This document shows positions 48,365 through 56,037 of a stretch of 64,000 nucleotides of DNA, piece after piece (position 1 is the stretch's first letter; every line of letters starts with the position of its first letter). The position numbers and the translations under genes were made by a program. The stretch is from Lacunisphaera sp. GTDB taxonomy: Bacteria; Verrucomicrobiota; Verrucomicrobiia; Opitutales; Opitutaceae. The notes beneath the pieces are model-generated. The model was not told the origin of the DNA. It did no database searches and saw nothing but the letters and a program-made list of their open reading frames with translations. The stretch is from assembly GCA_044224295.1 (NCBI GenBank), contig JBGAKQ010000003.1, positions 81,498 through 145,497 of the forward strand, read 5' to 3'.

Positions 48365-49381
48365 TCAGCCCCAGAAGGGGAATTTATCTCCGCGTCCCGA
48401 TTGGAGCGCCTTCTGATAAACCAAGGCGGCGGCGGCGACGTCTTGCAGGGCGGTGCCGGTGGCGTCGTAGATGATGATTTCCTGGTCGTCCTTGCGGCGC
48501 GGCGCTTGGCCGATGATCACCTGCCCGAGCTCGCCGCGCACATCGGACGCCTTCATGAGGCCGGCGTCGATTGCGTGGTGAAGGTCGCCGACATGTTCAC
48601 ACTGCGCCGTGAGGTCGGTGACGACCGAGTTCGCGGCGAGAAATTCCGGTTCCATCTCCTGCTTGTCCGGGCTGTCCGCCCCGACGGCAGCCACGAAGGT
48701 GCCCGGCGAAATCATGTCGCGTCCGATGATCCAGCGGCGGGCGGGAGTGCACGTCACCACAATGTCGCTGGAGCGAGTCGCGGCGCGAAGATCGGGTGCG
48801 GCTCGGACCGGCAGCCCGAGCTTGCGCGCCTGGATGCCCGCGAACTCGGCGGCCTTGTCGGCATTCAAATCCCAGACGTGGACGCTCTTGATCGGGCGGA
48901 CCTTCGTAATGGCCTCGAGCTGGATCGCTCCTTGAATTCCGCCGCCGATGATGGTCAACGTGCTCGCATTCGTTTTGGCGAGATAGCGCGCGGCCACGGC
49001 GGTGGTGGCGCCGGTGCGCTTGATGGTGATTTCAGCAGACTCCATCACCGCCAGCGGCTGGCCGGTGCTGGCATCGTAGAGCAGGATCAGGCCTTGGATA
49101 TTGGGCAGGCCGTTGCGCGCGCGATTCTGGAAGAACCCGCCGTTCACCTTGCAGGCGTAGACGGGCTTGGGTGTGCGCAAGCCGCCGGCCTTGATGTGGA
49201 ATTCGCCGTCGATCCCATCGCCATGGAGAAGGCCTGGCCCGAGCGTTTCCCCGCGCGCATGGGCGCCGAAGCATTCCTCGGCCGCGGCGATGCATTCCTC
49301 CACCGTGAGCAGCTCGGCGATCGTCCTGCGATCGAGGAGGAGGGCGGGGGGAGTGGTTCTGAGTTGGATCGGGTCAGGCAT
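48365..49381 (-). CDS. Ornithine cyclodeaminase / mu-crystallin family protein
   Basis: The ATG at 49381 gives MPDPIQLRTTPPALLLDRRTIAELLTVEECI. Also HIKAGG, LILLYDASTGQPLAVM, TIIGGGIQG (Rossmann), IIYDATGTALQDV. Confidence 0.85.
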   Translation of the reverse strand: MPDPIQLRTTPPALLLDRRTIAELLTVEECIAAAEECFGAHARGETLGPGLLHGDGIDGEFHIKAGGLRTPKPVYACKVNGGFFQNRARNGLPNIQGLILLYDASTGQPLAVMESAEITIKRTGATTAVAARYLAKTNASTLTIIGGGIQGAIQLEAITKVRPIKSVHVWDLNADKAAEFAGIQARKLGLPVRAAPDLRAATRSSDIVVTCTPARRWIIGRDMISPGTFVAAVGADSPDKQEMEPEFLAANSVVTDLTAQCEHVGDLHHAIDAGLMKASDVRGELGQVIIGQAPRRKDDQEIIIYDATGTALQDVAAAALVYQKALQSGRGDKFPFWG

Positions 49382-49400
49382 GGTTGAAGATGGAAATGTT

Positions 49401-51158
49401 TCAGCGACGCACTTGCACCGGTTCGAGGACGCGGCCCGGCAGTGCCAGCGTCGGGCGACCGCTCTCGACGACGGCCACGCCGTTGACGAAGACCGCATCG
49501 ATCCCAGTCGGATATTCGTTGGGTTCGAGGAAAGTGGTGTTGTCCTTCACATTTGGCAGATCAATGAGGACGAGATCCGCCTTGTAGCCGACCGCTAGCG
49601 TGCCCCGGTCGGGCAAATTGAGAATGTGCGCCGGCAGACTCGTGCATTTGCGGACCGTCTCCTCGATGGTTTCGATTTTCTGGTCGCGCACAAAATGAGC
49701 GAGGCGCCGTGGGTAGCTGCCGAAACAACGACGATTGGTGCCAATGTATTTCAGCGGACCCACCGCCTCTTCCGGGAGCACGATCCATCCATCGGTCGAG
49801 CCCATGCACCATGGCTGCGTGAGCAGCATTTCCACGTCCTTCTCCTCCATGCTGAAGGCGCGCAGCTTCACGCCACCCGGTCGGTGCGCGAAACCTTCGA
49901 GTTGCAACGCGACGACCAGCTCCGTCAGGCCAAGCTTCCGCATTCGCATCAGTTCTCCCAGTGATTTGCCGACGTAGGACGCGTCCGGGTACTCGAGCAC
50001 GCGGATGTTCTCGGCGCCGCCTTTCAAGTCGACCTGGTGTTCCACGTCGCGACGCAGGTCGGGAAGTCGTTCCGCGTTGGCGAGCGTGCGCCGCAGTCCC
50101 GCTTGGAAGTCGGCGGCCTTCGGATCGTCTTCATCGTCCTCATTGCCGGTCTTGGCATTGCCTCCCTTCATGGCCCACGGCGGGAGAGCGACAAAGTTTC
50201 CGTCGCTGCCGGCGCTGTCATAGGGATAGAGGTCGGCAAAAACTCGCGCACCCTTCGCCCGCGCCTCATTGATCCGCGCCACCGTCCGTGCGGCCTCGCC
50301 GCGAAAGCCCGGGCCCCAACCCTTGAGGTGGGTGGCGACAACGAGTGCGCCGGTTTCCCGCGCCACCTCGAAGATTTCGGTCAGTGAAGTTTCCAGTGTC
50401 GGTGGCGGCCGCGCGCCATGCACGCTTGGTTTGTACCACATCGGCGCCGACCCCTGGCTGCGGAGGTGCGCGATGAACACGCCATTGTGGGCGGGCAACA
50501 CGCGGGCGAGTTCGCGGAGTTCATTCGTATCGGAATAAAGACCACTGTTGTACTCCAGGCCCAGGGAGAGCCCAAAGGAACCTTCCTCGGTCAAGCCGCG
50601 CACAAGGATCGCCTGCATGCGCGCGATCTCCTCGGCATTCGCGGGTCGCGCCGTGTCCTTCCCCATCACCTGGCGGCGCAGCGTGGCGTGACCATTGGCG
50701 AGTGCGACGTTGACGCCGATGCCTAGTTGTTGGAGCTCGCGCCGCTGGTCCACGAGCGACGCCGGCTGCCCGCCATCCGGATTCACAAAGGCGGTGGTCA
50801 CCCCTTGCATCACGTAATTCTGGGCGGCGCGGTAGCGCGCGTCCGGGGAGCGCAGGGTCTTTTTCTTGTTACCGGCATCATCGAGATGCGCATGCACGTC
50901 GATAAAACCCGGCGTCAGATAACGGCCCTTTGCGTCGATGACTTGACGCGCGTGCGCGGCGTCGAGGAAACCGATCGCGGCAATGCGATCGCCAATGACG
51001 GCGACGTCACCTCGAAACGGAATCGCGCCGGTCCCGTCGACCACGGTCGCGTTTCGGATAAGCAGGTCGTATTCGGACTGGGTTGCGGCGGTCGCGATGG
51101 TGACCGCGTAAGCAGCCGCGAGACAGGCGAGAAGGCACAGGGTGGGACGAGGCGTCAT
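49401..51158 (-). CDS. N-acyl-D-amino-acid deacylase (D-aminoacylase) family amidohydrolase, secreted
   Basis: Signal peptide. YDLLIRNATVVDGTG...GDVAVIGDRIAAIG...TPGFIDVHAHLD metal motif, and a C-terminal GTLAVGYKADLVLID. 585 aa. Confidence 0.85.
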   Translation of the reverse strand: MTPRPTLCLLACLAAAYAVTIATAATQSEYDLLIRNATVVDGTGAIPFRGDVAVIGDRIAAIGFLDAAHARQVIDAKGRYLTPGFIDVHAHLDDAGNKKKTLRSPDARYRAAQNYVMQGVTTAFVNPDGGQPASLVDQRRELQQLGIGVNVALANGHATLRRQVMGKDTARPANAEEIARMQAILVRGLTEEGSFGLSLGLEYNSGLYSDTNELRELARVLPAHNGVFIAHLRSQGSAPMWYKPSVHGARPPPTLETSLTEIFEVARETGALVVATHLKGWGPGFRGEAARTVARINEARAKGARVFADLYPYDSAGSDGNFVALPPWAMKGGNAKTGNEDDEDDPKAADFQAGLRRTLANAERLPDLRRDVEHQVDLKGGAENIRVLEYPDASYVGKSLGELMRMRKLGLTELVVALQLEGFAHRPGGVKLRAFSMEEKDVEMLLTQPWCMGSTDGWIVLPEEAVGPLKYIGTNRRCFGSYPRRLAHFVRDQKIETIEETVRKCTSLPAHILNLPDRGTLAVGYKADLVLIDLPNVKDNTTFLEPNEYPTGIDAVFVNGVAVVESGRPTLALPGRVLEPVQVRR

Positions 51159-51180
51159 GGGAAAGGAACAGGTTCCAATA

Positions 51181-51191
51181 TAGTATACAAT
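51181..51191. promoter_or_regulatory. Candidate GntR operator (site 3; reverse strand reads ATTGTATACTA; ~25 nt upstream of the D-aminoacylase start)
   Basis: Shares ATTGTATAC with sites 1 and 4. Confidence 0.35.
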
Positions 51192-51276
51192 ACGAGGCCC
51201 CGCGGGGCGGAGATTACACTGCGATACGAGGGAAGGCGAAGGCGTCGCCTTTTCAAGGGAAAATCATTGACTGGTG

Positions 51277-51287
51277 ATTGTATACGA
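51277..51287. promoter_or_regulatory. Candidate GntR operator ATTGTATACGA (site 4; ~65 nt upstream of the POT transporter start)
   Basis: An 11/11 match to site 1. Confidence 0.4.
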
Positions 51288-51351
51288 GAATCCTTTCCAG
51301 CGCCAGCGTGCTTGGCGCCGCGCCGCCGTACTCTCAGTCACCAGCAACCCG

Positions 51352-52737
51352 ATGATTGGATTCTCCGCCCACCCCCGTTGCCTTCCGGTGTTGTTTTTCA
51401 CCGAGATGTGGGAGCGGTTCAGCTTCTATGGAATGAATGCCCTGCTGGTGTTGTATCTCGTCCAGCCAGTGGTCGATGGGGGTTTGGGCTATGCGACGGA
51501 TCGCGCAGCACTGTTGTACGGCAACTACACGCTGTTGATTTACGTTCTGTCCATCGTCGGCGGTTTCGTTGCCGACCGCTGGGTTGGTCAAAAGATGGCG
51601 GTGGTGGTTGGCGGCGTGGTGATCGCGGGAGGGCATTTCTCCATCGCGCTGGGTTCGGTCGCGAGCTTGTACGTCGGCTTGGGCGGCATCGCGATCGGGA
51701 CGGGTTTTCTCAAACCTAACGTCAGTTCACTCGTCGGCCGCCTGTATTCGATGGATGATCCCCGACGCGACGCCGGCTTTTCGCTTTACTACATGGGCGT
51801 CAATCTGGGCGCGTTCATCGCGCCGATTGTCTGCGGCTACCTTGCGCAGAGCGTCGGGTTCCGTCAGGTGCTCGCCGACGCGGGCCTCGACCCGCGCGGC
51901 AGCTGGCATTGGGGTTTTGGCGCGGCGGGCGTGGGGATGCTGATCGGATTGGGACTCTTCTTGCGCGCGTGGAAGGCTATCCCGGCTGATCCGCCCCGGG
52001 GACTCACCGCGGTTTCGGATGAAAGTCGTCCGGCGTCCGCCGTCGTGGCCGGTGATGAACTCCGGCAACGCTTGCTCGCGATCGGTTTCTTTTGCCTGTG
52101 CGCAATCCTGTTCTTTGCCGTGCTGAAGCAATCAGGCTCATCGATGAATCTTTTCGCCGACCGCCTCACGCGCTGCGAAGTCTTCGGGTTCACCTTCCCC
52201 TCGTCATGGTTTCAGTCAGTCGGCCCGGGATTCATCATCCTGCTAGCGCCTGTCTTCTCGCGGCTCTGGCTTCGGCTCGGAGATCGCCAGCCGTCCAGTC
52301 CCGCAAAGGCCATCCTAGGGCTAGCCGGTGCCGCGGGGTGCATGGCGCTGATGGCGTGCGCGGGTTTCCTTGCCGTGGAAGGACGCGTGAGCCCTTTCTG
52401 GCTCGTGGCCGCGTACGCCGCCCAAACGATGGGCGAACTTTGCCTGAGTCCGGTCGGCTTGAGCAATGTTTCCCGGCTCTCGCCGCCTGCGATCGGTGGA
52501 TTGATGATGGGTGCGTGGTTTGTGGCGATTGGTCTGGGCGGCAAACTGGCGGGTTCGCTTGCGGCTGGGTTTGGCCGGAGTGACCCTTCCGGGTTGGCCT
52601 GGGTATTTGGCCGGCAGGCGATCGCCATCGTGGTGCTGGCACTGCTGCTGGCATGCCTCGTCCCATGGGTTCGGCGGGTGATCGCGCGGAGCGCGGGCAC
52701 GCCAGCTATCGCGACCGGCCCGCGGAGCGCCGGTTGA
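51352..52737 (+). CDS. Proton-dependent oligopeptide transporter (POT/PTR2 family, DtpT-like)
   Basis: The ATG at 51352. FFTEMWERFSFYGMNALLVLYL (ExxERFxYYG-type signature), IVGGFVADRWVGQ, FKPNVSSLVG. Confidence 0.9.
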   Translation: MIGFSAHPRCLPVLFFTEMWERFSFYGMNALLVLYLVQPVVDGGLGYATDRAALLYGNYTLLIYVLSIVGGFVADRWVGQKMAVVVGGVVIAGGHFSIALGSVASLYVGLGGIAIGTGFLKPNVSSLVGRLYSMDDPRRDAGFSLYYMGVNLGAFIAPIVCGYLAQSVGFRQVLADAGLDPRGSWHWGFGAAGVGMLIGLGLFLRAWKAIPADPPRGLTAVSDESRPASAVVAGDELRQRLLAIGFFCLCAILFFAVLKQSGSSMNLFADRLTRCEVFGFTFPSSWFQSVGPGFIILLAPVFSRLWLRLGDRQPSSPAKAILGLAGAAGCMALMACAGFLAVEGRVSPFWLVAAYAAQTMGELCLSPVGLSNVSRLSPPAIGGLMMGAWFVAIGLGGKLAGSLAAGFGRSDPSGLAWVFGRQAIAIVVLALLLACLVPWVRRVIARSAGTPAIATGPRSAG

Positions 52738-53150
52738 TTGGAGGCGTTTTCGGAAGCCACCCGCCGCCTTGTGCCGTGACGCTGTGTCCGGTGGCCGGTC
52801 ATACGCTGGCCCGCGATGGCGCGGCCGCCCGAAGCGCTTCGCGGGCGTGCCGTCGCTTTCTTCGTGAATTCGTAATCCGGCTGCCGGCGGCCTCGCGTCC
52901 GGAATCAACCCGTCCGGAGGCCGGGTTCCACCTTGAAGCGCCCCGCTTAGTGCGCGGTGCGCGGGATTGCCGCGGCGACACTGGCCTTAAGCGGGAAGAG
53001 CCGCCGGGTGCCGGCGATCAAGCCCGGCACCGTGTGAGGCCCGATCGCTGCAGTGCCCTGATTTTGCTAGCCCTCGCTTTGGAAAAAAGGGAGAGTCGCG
53101 AAGCTCTCCTTGTTCATTCCGGCCAGTTCAACCCAACCCCAGACCCTGAC

Positions 53151-54371
53151 ATGAATCCCTCCCGTCTCTTCACGGCGAGTTGCGTCGCCCTGATCACCAC
53201 TGCCATGAGTTTCGCCCTGCGGGGCGGGGCCACGGGCGACTGGATCACCCAGTTCAACCTGACCAACGAGCAGGTGGGTTGGGTCAACGGCACGGCTTTC
53301 TGGGGCTTCACCCTGGCGATGGTGTTCGGCGGACCGCTCGTCGACACGCTTGGCTTCCGCCGGATCCTGGGCGTGGCGTTCGTCGGCCACGCCGCGGGCA
53401 TCCTGCTCACGATTTTTGCGTGGGACTTTTGGAGTCTCTTCACCGGCACGCTGCTCTTCGGCATCGCCAACGGCTCCGTTGAGGCCGCCTGTAATCCGCT
53501 GGTCGCGACCATTTATCCGAAAAACCAGACCACGAAGCTCAACCATTTCCACGTGTGGTTCCCCGGCGGCATCGTGATCGGCGGTTTGCTCGCGTTCCTC
53601 TTTGGCAAACTGGGGTTGGGCTGGAAGGCGCAGTTCGCCACCATGCTGCTGCCGCTGGTCGGCTACGGTTTCCTTTTTCTCGGCCAGGAAATGCCCCGCA
53701 CCGAGCGCGTGCAGCGCGGCGAAAGCACGGGTTCGATGTTCGCGGCCTGCCTCGCCCCTGGTTTCCTGCTCATGGTCGTCTGCATGTTGATGACCGCCGC
53801 AACCGAGCTCGGCTCGGGCCAGTGGATTCCCAACATCCTCTCGCACGCGGGTGTTTCCGGCATCCTCGTCCTCGTGTGGATCAACGGCATCATGGCGGTC
53901 GGCCGCATGTTCGCCGGTCCCTTCGTGCACAAACTCTCGCCCAACGGCATGCTCGTCATGAGCGCGATCCTTTCGACGCTCGGCCTCTACGCCATGAGCC
54001 ACGCCAGCGGCAACATGCTCTTCGCCGCCGCGACCGTCTTTGCGTTCGGCGTGTGCTTCTTCTGGCCCACGATGGTCGGTTATGTCGCCGAGAATTTCCC
54101 CATGACCGGCGCCCTCGGCATGGCGATCGTCGGCGGGGCCGGCATGCTCAGCGTGAGTTTCGTCCTTCCGATCATCGGCAAGTGGTATGACGCCGGCATC
54201 GCCGCGCGCACCCCGGCCGGCGCGGCCCCCACGGGCGACGCGCTGGCGGCGATCCAGGCCGCGGCGGGGCTCGAGGCCCTGGGCAAGGTCGCGATCCTGC
54301 CGGCCGTGCTGACAGTGATCTTTATCGGCATCCTGCTCGCGCGGCGCGCGAGCGCCAAAGCGGCGGCTTGA
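53151..54371 (+). CDS. MFS transporter (substrate unknown)
   Basis: The ATG at 53151 gives MNPSRLFTASCVALITTAMSF. 12 predicted hydrophobic segments. The extension to 52653 is Arg/Pro-rich non-membrane sequence. Confidence 0.8.
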   Translation: MNPSRLFTASCVALITTAMSFALRGGATGDWITQFNLTNEQVGWVNGTAFWGFTLAMVFGGPLVDTLGFRRILGVAFVGHAAGILLTIFAWDFWSLFTGTLLFGIANGSVEAACNPLVATIYPKNQTTKLNHFHVWFPGGIVIGGLLAFLFGKLGLGWKAQFATMLLPLVGYGFLFLGQEMPRTERVQRGESTGSMFAACLAPGFLLMVVCMLMTAATELGSGQWIPNILSHAGVSGILVLVWINGIMAVGRMFAGPFVHKLSPNGMLVMSAILSTLGLYAMSHASGNMLFAAATVFAFGVCFFWPTMVGYVAENFPMTGALGMAIVGGAGMLSVSFVLPIIGKWYDAGIAARTPAGAAPTGDALAAIQAAAGLEALGKVAILPAVLTVIFIGILLARRASAKAAA

Positions 54372-54402
54372 GGTTAGAGCCGCTTACCCAAGGCGAGCCT
54401 TT

Positions 54403-54479
54403 GTAGGAGCCTGTTCACAGGCGATTCGACACCCGCGCCGACGTCGTGCGCGCTGAATCGCCTGTAAACAGGCTCCTAC
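54403..54479. repeat. Palindromic repeat family C (GTAGGAGCCTGTTYACAGGCGATTC ... GAATCGCCTGTAAACAGGCTCCTAC), copy
   Basis: 25-bp inverted arms read directly from the sequence, immediately downstream of the TIM-barrel gene (minus strand). Confidence 0.8.
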
Positions 54480-54487
54480 GGGAATAA

Positions 54488-55333
54488 TCAGAGCTTCAAT
54501 CCCTTCACGTACTTCACGCTGGCGGGGATTTCCTTCAGGGGCTGCACGCCCTCGTCCTCGATGAAGTAATGCTTCACGCCCACCTTCTCGGCGGTGCCGA
54601 GCACGGCGTGCCAGTCGATCTGGCCGTCGCCGACGGCAACCTTGTCGGTGGGCGGCGCGCTGCCGGTCGAGAGGCCGGTCACCGCGCCCTTGCGCATGTC
54701 CTTCACGTGCATCAGGCGCCAGCGGGTCGGGTATTTTTGGAGGAACTTCACGGGATCCTGGCCGGCATGGACGACCCAAAAGACGTCCATTTCGAAAACC
54801 ACCAGCTCCGGATCGGTCTCCTTCACGAGCACATCGAACGGCGTCGTGCCATCCGCCGTCGCGACAAATTCAAAGCCATGCGGGTGGTAGCCAAACTGCA
54901 GCCCCTGCGCCTTCGCGGCGCGGGCCCAGGTGTTGAACTCCCCGGCGACGCGGCGCGCGTCATCGACGGTGAAGCCGGTCTTCGCGCGCGGCAGCGACGG
55001 GACGACCACGTATTTCACGCCCAGCGCCTTGGCGTCGGCGAGCGTCTGGTCGGCATTCTTCTGCATGGCCTCGTAACCAATGTGCGCGGCGACCGCCGTG
55101 AGTTTGCGGGCGTGCAGCTCCTTGGCGAAGTCGGCGACGCTCAGGCTGCCGGTGCCGGCCGTTTCCACCTCGGTGAACCCGAACTCCACGGCAAGATCCA
55201 GCGTCTTGGTCGTGCTGACCTTCGTGGTGTCACGGAGGCTGTAGAGCTGGAGCCCGAGGTGTTCGTGGTAGTTGGCGGCGCCCAGGGCGGTGTTGAGCAT
55301 GGCGAGAGCGGCGAGCGAAGGGATGAGTTTCAT
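54488..55333 (-). CDS. Sugar phosphate isomerase/epimerase (xylose-isomerase-like TIM barrel), Sec-secreted
   Basis: Signal peptide MKLIPSLAALAMLNTALGAAN. FTEVETAG, QFGYHPHGFEF, MDVFWVVHAG, HVKDM, HYFIEDE. Confidence 0.85.
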   Translation of the reverse strand: MKLIPSLAALAMLNTALGAANYHEHLGLQLYSLRDTTKVSTTKTLDLAVEFGFTEVETAGTGSLSVADFAKELHARKLTAVAAHIGYEAMQKNADQTLADAKALGVKYVVVPSLPRAKTGFTVDDARRVAGEFNTWARAAKAQGLQFGYHPHGFEFVATADGTTPFDVLVKETDPELVVFEMDVFWVVHAGQDPVKFLQKYPTRWRLMHVKDMRKGAVTGLSTGSAPPTDKVAVGDGQIDWHAVLGTAEKVGVKHYFIEDEGVQPLKEIPASVKYVKGLKL

Positions 55334-55345
55334 GGGGTAGGGAAG

Positions 55346-55421
55346 GTAGGAGCCTGTTTACAGGCGATTCAGGACGTGCGAAGTCGGCGGAAGTACAGGT
55401 CGCCTGTAAACAGGCTCCTAC
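55346..55421. repeat. Palindromic repeat family C, copy (upstream of the TIM-barrel gene, downstream of the small subunit gene)
   Basis: GTAGGAGCCTGTTTACAGGCGATTC ... GTCGCCTGTAAACAGGCTCCTAC. Confidence 0.8.
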
Positions 55422-55430
55422 GGGAACTGA

Positions 55431-56027
55431 TCAAATGAACCACTCGTCACCCTTCTTGTAGGGGACGTTGCCGTCGTAGCGGCCGGGGACCTCGAGGTAT
55501 TTCACGGCCTTGGTCGAGCCGATCTCGGAGGAGAAGTAGCCGAGGATGGTGAGCTCGCGCATGACGCGGAAGTAGTGCGGCGGCACGTCGACCGTCGACA
55601 CGCCGTTGGCGAAGTCGTCGATCTTCCGTTTGTTGGCGGACGTGTACTTGCGTTGCTCCGTGTCGAGGGCGTTCAGGAATTGCGTGCGGTTCTCCGCCTT
55701 CCCGCCGATGAATTTCTCGCCGTAGCGGGCCTCGTAGTCGGCCGGGAGTTTCGCGAGGCCCTCGCGGAACGCCTTCTGGGCGGCAGGCGTGTAGCAGTCG
55801 GCCACCATCATGGCGATGAAGGCGCCGATGTTCGTGGCCTTGGCGCCCGGGATGTTGGTCGTGGGGATGATTGTCTCGCCGATCTCATCGAGCAGCGCGA
55901 TGTCCGCATCGGAAAAATCGAGCGGCGTCTGCAGGCCGAACGTGCCGGCGAGCAGGCGGGGGCCCACCACCGAGGCGCCCATGAGGATCGCCATGCTCTT
56001 GATTGCTTCGCGTCGGGTAAGGTTCAT
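55431..56027 (-). CDS. Gluconate 2-dehydrogenase subunit 3-family protein (TAT small subunit), paralog 2
   Basis: MNLTRREAIKSMAILMGASVVG twin-arginine-like signal. ILGYFSSEIG C-terminal motif. 198 aa, immediately downstream of the GMC gene. Confidence 0.8.
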   Translation of the reverse strand: MNLTRREAIKSMAILMGASVVGPRLLAGTFGLQTPLDFSDADIALLDEIGETIIPTTNIPGAKATNIGAFIAMMVADCYTPAAQKAFREGLAKLPADYEARYGEKFIGGKAENRTQFLNALDTEQRKYTSANKRKIDDFANGVSTVDVPPHYFRVMRELTILGYFSSEIGSTKAVKYLEVPGRYDGNVPYKKGDEWFI

Positions 56028-56037
56028 GGCCGAAGGA

